Positions 46,839-59,054 of a stretch of 64,000 nt of DNA are shown here, one piece after another. The stretch lies in the NCBI GenBank assembly GCA_965214035.1, contig OZ243932.1, positions 937,215-1,001,214 on the forward strand, in the 5' to 3' direction. The stretch comes from Gammaproteobacteria bacterium. GTDB lineage: Bacteria; Pseudomonadota; Gammaproteobacteria; JAJDYQ01. The translations under genes and the position numbers were made by a program. Below the pieces are notes generated by a model. It did no database searches. It saw only the letters and a program-made list of their open reading frames with translations, and was not told the DNA's origin. Positions within the stretch are counted from its first letter, which is position 1. Every line of letters begins with the position of its first letter.

Positions 46839-48683
46839 TTAGTGTGAATGTAAATGATCATAAATTCTTTGGGCTAAAGATGAGCTTATACCTCTTATCT
46901 GCTGAATATCTTCAACTCCCGCACGCTTTATACCATGAATGCCTCCAAAGTACTTAATCAGGCTTTGTCGCCGTTTCGGACCAAGACCTTCAATCTTTTC
47001 CAGTGATGATCGGGTGGCCTTTTTGCGGGACCGTTGCCGATGTGCTGTAACGGCAAATCGGTGTGCCTCATCCCTTATCTGTCGGATCAGGAGCAGTGCC
47101 GCCGAACGGGGACCGGGTTCCAGAGGATGTGCCATATTCGGAATATACAATCGCTCCATGCCAGGTTTGCGATCTGGCCCTTTGGAAACACCAACCAGCA
47201 AAGGCCCGTCTGATATCAGTGCCTGCATGGTTTCTATCGCTCTGGAAAGCTGCCCTTTACCGCCATCAATAAAAATAATGTCAGGAATGGCACCCTCTTC
47301 TTTTAATACCCTGCTGTAACGGCGCTCCAATACCTGAGCCATAGCAGCATAATCATCTCCCGGTGTAATGCCCTTGATATTGAATCGCCGATAATCGGCT
47401 TTCACCGCACCAGTTTCATCAAATACCACACAGGATGCGACAATTTGATTTCCCTGGGTATGACTGATATCGAAGCATTCCATCCGCTTTGGTATCTCAT
47501 CCAGATTCAGCAGTTTCTGCAGCTCCGACACTCTTTTCTGCTGGCTGCTGCGTTTGGTCAATCTGGTTTCAAGTGCTCCCTGAGCATTATGGATAGCACT
47601 TTGCCGCCATTTTGCCCGTTCGCTACGAACTCGATGTTTGATGCGCACCCGCCGGCCTACACGTTCGCTCAAAACTTCTTCAAGCACTGCCCTGCTTTCT
47701 GGTTCATGGCTGACAATCAGTTCATCAGGTATCCGGTTGGCCAGATAATACTGGCTTATGAAAGCATCCAGTATCCGCACCTCGTCTATATCCTGTGAAG
47801 GTATTTTAGGGTAAAAGGCTTTATTACCCTGATTGACTCCTTCCCGAAAGTAAAATACCTGCACACAGCATTGCCCACCTTTTACGGCACAGGCAACGAC
47901 ATCAATGAATGTTTGTTGCATACCACCAATATATTGCTTTTCGAGCACTTGTCGTAAGTGGCTGATTTGGTTTCGGTAAATAGCCGCCTGTTCAAACTCC
48001 AGATTGACTGAAGCCTGCTCCATTCTGGCCACCATATCGGTGATTATCTGATCCGTTTTCCCTCTTAAAAACAATAAGGTATGGTTGATATCTTGTGTAT
48101 ATTCTCTTTCCGATATGAGACCAACACAGGGAGCACTGCAACGCTTGATCTGGTATTGCAGGCAGGGGCGGCTGCGATTCCTGAAATAGCTATCGGTGCA
48201 TTGTCTTAGTCGGAATAGCCGATGTAACAAATGGATAGATTGTCTGACTGCGGCTGAACTGGGGAATGGACCTAAAAATGTCCCTTTCTTTTTTTTGGTT
48301 GAACCTCGATACGACGATAGCCGGGGAAATGTCTGATGCGTGGACAGATAGATATAGGGGTAACTTTTATCATCGCGCAGCAGAACATTATAGCGCGGCT
48401 GGTATTTTTTGATCAGCCTGTCTTCCAGCAGTAATGCCTCCCCTTCTGTGCGGGTTACCGTGACTTCAATATGGTGAATCTGATTGACCAGAGCGAGAGT
48501 TTTTGAATCATGTGCCTTGTTGAAATAGCTGCTGATACGATTTTTCAGGTTCCGCGCCTTGCCGACATAGATGACAGTGTCCTCACCGTTGTACATGCGA
48601 TATACGCCGGGATGAGTACTGAGTGATCGAAGAAATTCCTTATCTTTGAAACCTTCCGGCTTCTTGCTGTTTATGTCTCGCAT
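46839..48683 (-). CDS. uvrC: Excinuclease ABC subunit C.
   Basis: The GIY-YIG motif is PGVYRMYNGEDTVIYVGKARNLKNRISSYF, and a C-terminal HhH region is present. The likely start is the internal Met at MRDINSKK, not the ORF-track start at 48704. Confidence 0.85.
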   Translation of the reverse strand: MRDINSKKPEGFKDKEFLRSLSTHPGVYRMYNGEDTVIYVGKARNLKNRISSYFNKAHDSKTLALVNQIHHIEVTVTRTEGEALLLEDRLIKKYQPRYNVLLRDDKSYPYIYLSTHQTFPRLSSYRGSTKKKKGTFLGPFPSSAAVRQSIHLLHRLFRLRQCTDSYFRNRSRPCLQYQIKRCSAPCVGLISEREYTQDINHTLLFLRGKTDQIITDMVARMEQASVNLEFEQAAIYRNQISHLRQVLEKQYIGGMQQTFIDVVACAVKGGQCCVQVFYFREGVNQGNKAFYPKIPSQDIDEVRILDAFISQYYLANRIPDELIVSHEPESRAVLEEVLSERVGRRVRIKHRVRSERAKWRQSAIHNAQGALETRLTKRSSQQKRVSELQKLLNLDEIPKRMECFDISHTQGNQIVASCVVFDETGAVKADYRRFNIKGITPGDDYAAMAQVLERRYSRVLKEEGAIPDIIFIDGGKGQLSRAIETMQALISDGPLLVGVSKGPDRKPGMERLYIPNMAHPLEPGPRSAALLLIRQIRDEAHRFAVTAHRQRSRKKATRSSLEKIEGLGPKRRQSLIKYFGGIHGIKRAGVEDIQQIRGISSSLAQRIYDHLHSH

Positions 48684-48834
48684 ATCAATAAGATAGAAAT
48701 ACATTGTAAACCCGACTACAAAATATCGGCTACCCGCTTACTTGATTGCAGGCGTTCACAGATACCTCAGGCGCCAGGTGTCATAACTGATAAATCCAGG
48801 ATCGATATTAGTACACTTTTAATCAGGGTATTCG

Positions 48835-50898
<2,064 letters not shown>

Positions 50899-52887
50899 TT
50901 ATTTTAAGCGGGCAGTAAAGTTTTGAACACGCTTGATAAAATGCTTTTGCTGTGCCGGAGACCAGGCCGTTCCATATCGCAGCGCAGTATAGCGGTCGAT
51001 GATGTCTCCGGCTGTTTGGGCTGAGGCCGGTGCCAGTTTACCTCGCAGACGTAAAAAATATTCAGAGGGCCCCTCGGTATTATTTCGGCCAATGCCTGCT
51101 TTTGCCAGTTTATAGCAAAAGCGGTCATAAGCCCGTTTCACCGGATCCTGGTAGATACCTTGGCCCTGTCGAAATATCCAAAAACCCACAAATGCTCCCA
51201 CCAAAGCGAACAGTATGACCATTCCTGTCACCATGCCTTGCCAGTCGATATTTTTAAAACCCAGTTTCCGAAACAGTTCAAACTGGCGCTCCCGATTAAA
51301 GCCAACTACCCATTCGTCCCATCGGTAACTAAAGCTGTCCCAGTGATACCGCGCCTTGAGAAATATACTGTCTCCAGCCAGCAATATACCCGGTAGCTGA
51401 TCACGCTCCTCTATCGCATCCTGTATGCCGCTTTCTATGCGGTCAGGCGAAACGGCTGCTGTCGGATCAACACGCACCCAGCCCGCATCATCCAGCCAGA
51501 CTTCAGCCCAGGCATGTGCGCTGGATTGCCTGACAATCAAATATTGATCGACCGGATTTTTTTCTCCGCCCTGATATCCGGCCACTATGCGCGCCGGTAT
51601 GCCGGCAGCACGGGCCAGATAAACAAAGGCGCTGGAATAATGTTCACAAAACCCCCGCCGAGTCTCGAACAAAAAGTCATCCATGGCATTATTGCCGAGC
51701 AATGGCGGATCCAAGGTATAAACAAATGGTTGCTCTCTAAAATAACGCAGGGCTTCCTCAATAACACGTCGGTCATTGTCACCCGCCAGAGTGCGCCATC
51801 GTCGTGCCAGGGCAATCGTCTTTTCATTCAGATACCCTACCCCAGGCAGCCTTAGATTTTTCAGGCGCTCGGATTCAAACAGGCTGTAATTACGGAGCTT
51901 ACGATCCGATGTCACAGAATACCGGGTCACGCTGTTGACTTTCTTCGGATTTAGTAGCTGCAACTCTCTCGTCAATCGATAACCGCTGCCTTGCAGGTTA
52001 GTCGGATAATTCAGGGCAAACAGCCATTTTCGCCGATGGGGTTCAAGGGTGACGGTATATTGGATAATGTCGGTTTCGCTCTCGCTGCCGATCAGATTGA
52101 CTTTGATGTGCCGGGATGTATTGTCTGCCCTCCATGTTTGTCCATCGTATCGGCTGAAGATCGGACCGCGCCAGTATAGATCGGCGTGTGGCGGAATCTC
52201 GCCTTCAAAGCGAACCCGAAATGCAATTTCCTCCGATTGAATCAAACTGCTGACTGAACCAGGGGACATATCATTACCCAGACCTGTCACCGCAGTCTGT
52301 GCATCTTCAGGCAAACCCCATAATGGCCCAGGGATACGGGGAAATAATAAAAACAGGATTAACATCAATGGCGTGGCCTGAAAAATCATACGGCCCGCCA
52401 TCATTAATCGCTTCCGAGTATCGAGAGTAGATGCCTTGTCAGTGAATATTATGAGAACCGAGGTCAGATAAATCACAGCAGCAAAGACGTAAACAGTTAT
52501 CCATGGGCTTTGAGTATGAAAAAAATGACTTGCTATCAGGAAATATTCCACATATACGACAATATACATATCCCTCTTATCATTGATTTCGAGCATCTTC
52601 AGAAATGCCAACAGGATAAGAAACCCCGTACCAGCATCTCTTCCCAGTAGTGTCCCAAATGACAGGTTCATAATCAGCACAGCCAGCAAAAGCAGACCTA
52701 TCCGCTGTAGCTTGTCGGGTTGCCGCGCCTTGTTAAGTATTATGGCAACAATCCATAAGGTCATTATCAGGCTCAATGCCGTAACGGGTAGTGGGATGCG
52801 TGGAAAAAAAGGTGCGGAGACAAGCAGTATGCCAGCCAGCAGCGCCCATAACTTTCGACCCTCAATCGACATGGTTTGTATCTTCAA
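50899..52887 (-). CDS. Transglutaminase-domain inner-membrane protein (TgpA-like, DUF3488).
   Basis: The N-terminus has multiple TM segments. The transglutaminase core GFCEHYSSAFVYLARAAGIPARIV carries the catalytic Cys. Confidence 0.7.
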   Translation of the reverse strand: MKIQTMSIEGRKLWALLAGILLVSAPFFPRIPLPVTALSLIMTLWIVAIILNKARQPDKLQRIGLLLLAVLIMNLSFGTLLGRDAGTGFLILLAFLKMLEINDKRDMYIVVYVEYFLIASHFFHTQSPWITVYVFAAVIYLTSVLIIFTDKASTLDTRKRLMMAGRMIFQATPLMLILFLLFPRIPGPLWGLPEDAQTAVTGLGNDMSPGSVSSLIQSEEIAFRVRFEGEIPPHADLYWRGPIFSRYDGQTWRADNTSRHIKVNLIGSESETDIIQYTVTLEPHRRKWLFALNYPTNLQGSGYRLTRELQLLNPKKVNSVTRYSVTSDRKLRNYSLFESERLKNLRLPGVGYLNEKTIALARRWRTLAGDNDRRVIEEALRYFREQPFVYTLDPPLLGNNAMDDFLFETRRGFCEHYSSAFVYLARAAGIPARIVAGYQGGEKNPVDQYLIVRQSSAHAWAEVWLDDAGWVRVDPTAAVSPDRIESGIQDAIEERDQLPGILLAGDSIFLKARYHWDSFSYRWDEWVVGFNRERQFELFRKLGFKNIDWQGMVTGMVILFALVGAFVGFWIFRQGQGIYQDPVKRAYDRFCYKLAKAGIGRNNTEGPSEYFLRLRGKLAPASAQTAGDIIDRYTALRYGTAWSPAQQKHFIKRVQNFTARLK

Positions 52888-53890
52888 TATTGTACAGCGC
52901 CAGCGTTTTCAGACATTCGTGTCGATGCTGCGCACCATTATCCGGCTTTATTTCGATGTTCGGCATACGCAAACCATACAGCCTGCCAGCCTTCTGAGCG
53001 TCCAGAATCATCGCAGACATGATCGAAAGACGCCTTTCAACAGATGCCTCATCCAAAGCGAACCAGTCAATCCATTCCAGTTCGGGCTGGCCACCTGTGA
53101 ATTTCTTGCTGAACAGCTCATCGGTTCTTGCGACCATCTTCCAGGAAATACGCTGCCAGGGGTCACCTGCCTGATATTTATGCAAGCCGGCGAAATCTTC
53201 CAATCCACTTCCTTCAGCTTGCCCTTCACCACTCTGGCCATTCACGGGCATAATCATATTTTTTTTACCGGAAGGGGCCGGGTAGATCAGTGCCCGCATA
53301 TCCAGATCAACCCAGGTCCAGGCCACAAACAGGCCGACCGGAAACTCTGTCTCAATACGAATTCTGCCTGGATTTAACGTCCCTCTGTTTTTTGCATGAC
53401 AGTTAAAATGGAGCAAAGCCAGCGCACCGGGAGGCATATCCGCTGTTTCACCCGGTAGCGAATCATTTGGCAAAGTGATGGCATAGCGCCGGTCGTTAGT
53501 ATCATTTTCAAGCTGGATAGCGAATTTGGCAACTTCTCCTGCAAATACCGGTTTTGCACCCATGCCTTTTAGTTTTAGCCCGGCCATGTTGCGCCAGGTC
53601 ATCAACATCGCGACATTACCTAACCCTGCCAGCAGAAAAGTCAGCATAAATCCGAGGCTGATGGTGTAATTAATAGAACCGATGAGCAATACCAGCAGCA
53701 AAATGGCAAATATCATCCCGGCTCGGGTCGGCAATATGTAAACCAGAGAGCTATGTAGCCTTATCGACTCAGAAAATGGCCCGCTCCGATTGGCCAAAAA
53801 TCTGTCAAGAAGGCGGTGCCACTCCCGGCGCAGAAATACAACCGGATACAACAGCGGCGCAATCAGCCGATTCGCCATGGGTAGGGCCAT
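52862..53890 (-). CDS. DUF58-family protein (MoxR partner).
   Basis: The product is 342 aa with N-terminal TM segments. It sits between the MoxR ATPase and the transglutaminase gene, the classic three-gene arrangement. Confidence 0.6.
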   Translation of the reverse strand: MALPMANRLIAPLLYPVVFLRREWHRLLDRFLANRSGPFSESIRLHSSLVYILPTRAGMIFAILLLVLLIGSINYTISLGFMLTFLLAGLGNVAMLMTWRNMAGLKLKGMGAKPVFAGEVAKFAIQLENDTNDRRYAITLPNDSLPGETADMPPGALALLHFNCHAKNRGTLNPGRIRIETEFPVGLFVAWTWVDLDMRALIYPAPSGKKNMIMPVNGQSGEGQAEGSGLEDFAGLHKYQAGDPWQRISWKMVARTDELFSKKFTGGQPELEWIDWFALDEASVERRLSIMSAMILDAQKAGRLYGLRMPNIEIKPDNGAQHRHECLKTLALYNIEDTNHVD

Positions 53891-53892
53891 AG

Positions 53893-54915
53893 CTATGGAA
53901 TAGGTACGGTTTGCGAAATGATGTCCGCGGCAGTCATGTCAGATTCCTTGCCGTGGCCTGCAAGCAGACGGTGATTGACTATCGACGGTAATACCGCTTT
54001 GACATGTTCCGGCACGACAAAATCATGCCTTGAAATGAACGCCCAGGCTCTGGCTGCGTTTAATAATGCCAGCCCGCCTCGGGGCGATAGGCCGAACTCA
54101 AAACTGTTTGAATTGCGACTGAACTGCAATATCGCTTGTACATAATCAAGCAGTGCATCAGATACATGTAACTCCTGTGCCTGACTTTGCAGCAGCTTAA
54201 GTTTTTTCGAATCAAATACTACCGGCATCTGCTCAATCATGTCTCGCCGATCCGCTCCAGACAGCAACTCTCTCTCCGCCTGTTGGCCTGGATACCCCAT
54301 GTGTATGCGCATTAAAAACCGGTCTAATTGTGATTCAGGCAATGGAAATGTGCCAATCTGATGCACAGGATTTTGAGTTGCGATGACAAAAAACGGGTCT
54401 GGTAGAGGCCGAGTGGTGCCTTCAACAGTAACCTGATGCTCTTCCATGGCCTCAAGCAACGCGCTTTGTGTCTTTGGTGTTGCCCGGTTGATCTCATCTG
54501 ACAGAATCAGGTTTGAGAAGACTGGGCCGGGATGAAACTCAAACAGGTTATTTTCCCGATCAAATACCGACAAACCGAGAACATCCGTGGGCAGCAGATC
54601 GCTGGTAAACTGAATCCGCTGAAAATCCAGCCCCATCACATGAGCAATAACATGGGCAAGCGTGGTTTTTCCAACGCCCGGCAAATCTTCAATGAGTAAA
54701 TGCCCCCGTGCAATCAGGCAGGTCAAGGCCAGACTTACCTGTTCTTCTTTACCGAGAATGATTTGGCTAATAGCCGATAAGGCATCATCCAGCGAGTCAA
54801 TCAATCTGGCATTTTGCTTAACAGGAGTACCCATAATTTTTCTAAGCCTCCCTGTTTTACCGGGAAAATAACTACTACAGAGAATATTTGTCTTTACAGT
54901 CAGGTCAGTGACCAC
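53893..54915 (-). CDS. MoxR-family AAA+ ATPase.
   Basis: Walker A is PGVGKT, and the sequence reads LIEDLPGVGKTTLAHVIAHVMG. The true start may be the internal Met at MGTPVKQ (~54834). Confidence 0.75.
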   Translation of the reverse strand: MVTDLTVKTNILCSSYFPGKTGRLRKIMGTPVKQNARLIDSLDDALSAISQIILGKEEQVSLALTCLIARGHLLIEDLPGVGKTTLAHVIAHVMGLDFQRIQFTSDLLPTDVLGLSVFDRENNLFEFHPGPVFSNLILSDEINRATPKTQSALLEAMEEHQVTVEGTTRPLPDPFFVIATQNPVHQIGTFPLPESQLDRFLMRIHMGYPGQQAERELLSGADRRDMIEQMPVVFDSKKLKLLQSQAQELHVSDALLDYVQAILQFSRNSNSFEFGLSPRGGLALLNAARAWAFISRHDFVVPEHVKAVLPSIVNHRLLAGHGKESDMTAADIISQTVPIP

Positions 54916-55647
54916 CTGAGTTTTCTGAATTTTACAACAACTGGCTCCGTTCAGACAAATACCATATCAAATGAAAGCGATAAACGGGCATGAAGAGCAG
55001 ACTGACTGTTAAACATCCTCCGGTTTTGGGCAATATCTGCTGATTTGTCTGGACTGAATGCCTGGAAACATCAACTGCCAATACAGATCAGCGAATATTC
55101 ATCCAGTCATAATGAAATACAGGGCAGACCCGGGTATTTTTGTCGGGTATCAACCAACACTCTGGCTGACAGTCGGGTTGATATAGCAGGTAACGCTTTC
55201 ATCCAGGTTTGGATGATCGGATAAAGCATGGTTGCGGCCCGCTCTTGAGCTTGCTTAACTCTTGATGTCAGCACTTATCCAGACTGCCTTCTGGAAAGCC
55301 ACTTGACAAACAAATAATCAAAGCACTGTAAAGCGCTTTCCAGATTTCCAGCACCACATGGCAGAGAAGCAGGCTCATTCAGGACATCTTATTTCCTGCT
55401 TAAGTAAATCTGCTGATTCCTGACATCCTCAGGGAGATTTACCCGGATAGCTTTCATAAATCGATATTACTTTTCGTGTTTAAGACAATTTCAAGGCATA
55501 TTCACCCCCAATCAATACTCCCACGATTGAAACTCTTGTATAAAGAAGCAGTATCAGAAGTGAGACACCTTTTATTTTCAGAGGATTTTTTTCTGTTTTG
55601 CCGGGTGACGAGCTGTTTTTTATTTTCTTTATGGAAGGAGAGTCAAC

Positions 55648-56652
55648 ATGTTGGTTAATGGGCACACTAATATCATAGGCATCGGTAGCTACATGCCGGA
55701 CCAGATCGTTAAATCGGAGCATCTCATGGCGGAAATTGATTCGGCTGAAAAGTTTGGTATCAGTGAAAGCTTTATATCTGATGTCGTTGGAATCGAGGAG
55801 CGCCGGGTAGCCGCACGGGAGCATAAACCCTCGGATCTGGCTATTTTTGCCTCCAAGACGGCATTGAAGCATAGCGGTATAGATGCCAGTGAAATTGACC
55901 TGATAATATTCTGCGGAATTGAGCGGGACTGGATTGAGCCGGCGACCGCACATCGAGTTCAACAGTTTATTGACGCGAAAAATGCGTCATGCTTCGATCT
56001 GAGTAATGCCTGCCATGGGTTTATGAATGGAATATCAGTGGCTGACGCCATGATTGCTACGGGCAGCGCTTCGACTGCCCTGATCTGCACCGGGGAAAAA
56101 CCAAGCAATATCATGTATGAAGCCCTTAGGAGGCTCGCCAAATCCGACAGTAAATCTGATGTAAAACGCTGGCTTGGTGCCTTTACGGTTGGAGATGCCG
56201 GTGGTGCCGTTATAATACGCCGCTCCCAACACCAAAGCGGTTTTCAGAAGTTTAATTTTTCATCGAATGGTGAGCACACCAGCCTTTGCTATTATGAGTA
56301 TGATGTTGACGGGCGTATAGAAGGCCAGATGTTGATGAAGTCAATCAGTATCGAAATCGTAGATTTTCACCGCTGTATGATCGGGGATACCTATCGCAAG
56401 CTGGCATGGAAGCCGGAAGATGTTGACTGGCTGTATTGCCATCAGGTAGGTGCCAGACCACATCGGCAAATGGCGGAACTGGCTAAAATTGATACACAAA
56501 AAGCCCCGATTACCTATCGGAAGTTTGGGAATATTACCAGCGCGACAATACCTGTAAATTTTCACTTTAATCCGCCTCAAAAAGGAGATAAGATACTGAT
56601 TCTGGGAACCGGAAGCGGTTTGTCTATCAGTCAAACAGGAATGGTATTTTAA
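55648..56652 (+). CDS. 3-oxoacyl-ACP synthase III (KAS III / FabH) family protein, divergent.
   Basis: The Cys-His-Asn triad is conserved: NACHGF, CHQVGARPH and FGNITSATIP. The SD is GGAAGGAGAG. Confidence 0.7.
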   Translation: MLVNGHTNIIGIGSYMPDQIVKSEHLMAEIDSAEKFGISESFISDVVGIEERRVAAREHKPSDLAIFASKTALKHSGIDASEIDLIIFCGIERDWIEPATAHRVQQFIDAKNASCFDLSNACHGFMNGISVADAMIATGSASTALICTGEKPSNIMYEALRRLAKSDSKSDVKRWLGAFTVGDAGGAVIIRRSQHQSGFQKFNFSSNGEHTSLCYYEYDVDGRIEGQMLMKSISIEIVDFHRCMIGDTYRKLAWKPEDVDWLYCHQVGARPHRQMAELAKIDTQKAPITYRKFGNITSATIPVNFHFNPPQKGDKILILGTGSGLSISQTGMVF

Positions 56653-56654
56653 TC

Positions 56655-57566
56655 ATGAATATATTAGCATTACCCTCGTTAGTCGCTCTGCTCATAAAAG
56701 GCATACTATTCGCCGTGGCCAGAGGCAGATTGTTCCGAAGAAATACGGCCCTGGCTGTCTTTCTGGTAGCGCTGTTCGCGCTTAATCTGGCGGAATTTAT
56801 GCTGTTAATAAACAGCACTTCCAGCAGCGCATCTTTATGGATCATGAAGGGATATTATACCGCCGCAATGTTTGCTGCGGCAGCCTTCCTGGTCCTAACG
56901 CTGTCGCTCTCCAGCCCGGATAAACTTGCTTTCCCCGTTCTTTTGTTCACCGCGGGTCTTATGTCTGCATTTATCATTGCCGGCGATAGCCTGATTGCAG
57001 GCACCCGGCTCATCAGCTATTCCGTCACGAAAGTGCCCGGTGACTATTACTGGGTGATTCAGGCTTTTATTTTGCTTAATGTTATTCCGGGTTTAATCAT
57101 ACTTGGTATCAATGCTTTCAAATCACCTGATCAGATTGTACGCCAGAAAAGCACTGTCACTCTTATTGCTGCTGCGCCCATGGGTATCTTTACTATAAGC
57201 ATTATGGCTGCCATGGCTTATGGTTACAGCATCAATGCAACGGTTGTTCAGCCATTATTGTCATCCCTTTTGCTGGTCATTCTCGTTTTAACAGAAGCGA
57301 AATACCACCTTTTCCGATTTCTGTCTTACATCCCGCTCACGCCTGAATACAAGGTTCGTACCAGAGCACAAAACATGGTCAATCAGGCCATCTCCGAACT
57401 CTATACCAATCATAAACTGGCATTGAAGGATCTGCGTTCAGAGTTCGAGACGGCCCTTATTGAGCTTGCCATTCAATCAACCAATGGTAATAAAACCCAT
57501 GCGGCCAGGGTGCTGGGCATCGGCAAAGCAACACTGCATCGAAAAATTGAAAGACTGGATATATAA
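56655..57566 (+). CDS. Polytopic membrane protein (~6-7 TM) with a C-terminal Fis-type helix-turn-helix (HTH_8).
   Basis: The hydrophobic N-terminal 230 aa precede a C-terminal NGNKTHAARVLGIGKATLHRKIERL. The start lies 3 nt after the KAS-III stop. Confidence 0.6.
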   Translation: MNILALPSLVALLIKGILFAVARGRLFRRNTALAVFLVALFALNLAEFMLLINSTSSSASLWIMKGYYTAAMFAAAAFLVLTLSLSSPDKLAFPVLLFTAGLMSAFIIAGDSLIAGTRLISYSVTKVPGDYYWVIQAFILLNVIPGLIILGINAFKSPDQIVRQKSTVTLIAAAPMGIFTISIMAAMAYGYSINATVVQPLLSSLLLVILVLTEAKYHLFRFLSYIPLTPEYKVRTRAQNMVNQAISELYTNHKLALKDLRSEFETALIELAIQSTNGNKTHAARVLGIGKATLHRKIERLDI

Positions 57567-57614
57567 TGAGGGCTGTCGTGGTCATCAGACCATTTCCTTA
57601 ACAATATATATAGC

Positions 57615-58523
57615 GTGGATTTGATAATGAACAGAGTTGTTACCACTATTTTCTTTTTAGGCTATTTCCTGACTGTATTTGCCGAAACCAACCAACCCGT
57701 TGTACGAATGACAACAAATTACGGGAACATCGATCTCGAACTCTATGAAGACAAGGCACCTGAAACGGTCGCTAATTTTCTAAGCTATGTTGATAGCGGC
57801 TTTTATACCGATACCGTGTTTCACCGTATTATTGATAATTTCATGATTCAGGGTGGCGGTCATTCCATTGATTACCAGAAAAAGAACACGCAACCACCTG
57901 TCAGAAATGAATCCGACAATCGTCTTTCCAACAAGTCAGGCACTATTGCCATGGCCCGTACCGGCGAACCACACTCCGCCACATCGCAGTTTTTCATTAA
58001 CGCAAAGAACAACTTGTTTCTTGATTTTGAAATGCAGGAAGCAGGAGCTGTGAACACCGTACGGCAAAGTAAGCTCGGCATACAGGACACAGTCAGCGGT
58101 AAATTGACGACCAGTGATTGCCGAGGCAAACCGATCCGGCGCGATACTCTGAGTCAGGCAGCAAATTCCAGCAGCAATGATTATATTTGCCTGATGCAGG
58201 CTATATTGCATGACGATAGTTATTCTCTGGACCATGCGATTGAGGAATGTCACAATAACCTTGATGAGCTCAGGCAGGCCGGAATCATCAAACCTGATGG
58301 CACCTGTTCCGAATATATAAGCTCCCGGCATGCTGCTCTGAAACCGGTCCATGTCAGATGGGGCTATACCGTATTTGGCAAGGTTATTCAGGGCATGGAC
58401 ATCGTCACTCAGCTTCAAGCCGTGCCAACCGGTGCCAGTGGCCCGTTCAGCCGGGATGTTCCACTCGACCCTGTTATCATCCAGTCCATAGAACGTATCT
58501 CTCCCCAGCCAATACCACAATAG
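57615..58523 (+). CDS. ppiA: Periplasmic cyclophilin-type peptidyl-prolyl isomerase carrying a ~100-aa insertion.
   Basis: A signal peptide is present. The cyclophilin motifs FHRIIDNFMIQGGG and GTIAMARTG flank a Cys-containing insertion that is absent from PpiA and PpiB. Confidence 0.7.
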   Translation: MDLIMNRVVTTIFFLGYFLTVFAETNQPVVRMTTNYGNIDLELYEDKAPETVANFLSYVDSGFYTDTVFHRIIDNFMIQGGGHSIDYQKKNTQPPVRNESDNRLSNKSGTIAMARTGEPHSATSQFFINAKNNLFLDFEMQEAGAVNTVRQSKLGIQDTVSGKLTTSDCRGKPIRRDTLSQAANSSSNDYICLMQAILHDDSYSLDHAIEECHNNLDELRQAGIIKPDGTCSEYISSRHAALKPVHVRWGYTVFGKVIQGMDIVTQLQAVPTGASGPFSRDVPLDPVIIQSIERISPQPIPQ

Positions 58524-58532
58524 GAGTCCGGC

Positions 58533-59033
58533 ATGGTCACTCTGAAAACCAGCAAAGGCGATATCATCATTGAACTTGATCATAAAAATGCCCCCGAAAC
58601 AGTGCATAATTTTGTGCAATACGTCAGGGATAAGTTTTATGATGGCACTATCTTTCACAGGGTCATTGACGGCTTTATGATTCAGGGCGGTGGCTTTGAG
58701 CCCGGCATGAAGCAAAAACAGACGCGCAACCCAATTAAAAACGAAGCTGACAACGGCCTGGAAAACAATCGAGGCACGATTGCCATGGCCAGAACTGCCG
58801 ACCCGCACTCGGCCACAGCTCAGTTTTTCATCAATATTTTTGATAACCATTCCTTGAACTACAGCTCCCCTACTCCACAGGGATGGGGATACTGCGTCTT
58901 CGGACAGGTCGTTCAGGGGATGGACATCGTTGACATTATCAGAGACGTAGAGACCGGTAACCGCACACCCCATGCTGATGTGCCTGTAGAAGATATTATT
59001 ATAGAGTCGGCCACAGTTACCGATGAGGACTAA
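58533..59033 (+). CDS. ppiB: Cytoplasmic cyclophilin-type peptidyl-prolyl isomerase B.
   Basis: The product is 166 aa ([14 protein letters not shown]). It lies upstream of lpxH, as in E. coli. Confidence 0.85.
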   Translation: MVTLKTSKGDIIIELDHKNAPETVHNFVQYVRDKFYDGTIFHRVIDGFMIQGGGFEPGMKQKQTRNPIKNEADNGLENNRGTIAMARTADPHSATAQFFINIFDNHSLNYSSPTPQGWGYCVFGQVVQGMDIVDIIRDVETGNRTPHADVPVEDIIIESATVTDED

Positions 59034-59054
59034 CGATAGTTAGCGGCTATCCGC

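Noticed and set aside
55300-55650. Possible sigma-54 promoter (TGGCA...) upstream of the KAS-III/HTH operon, prompted by the Fis-type HTH.
   Set aside because: TGGCAGAGAAGCAGGC lacks the TTGC -12 element. The HTH protein also has no AAA+ sigma-54 activator domain.
55480-55962. 160-aa minus-strand ORF spanning the moxR/KAS-III intergenic region and the KAS-III start.
   Set aside because: It overlaps the well-supported KAS-III start and RBS. It is A/T-rich intergenic translation with no homology.
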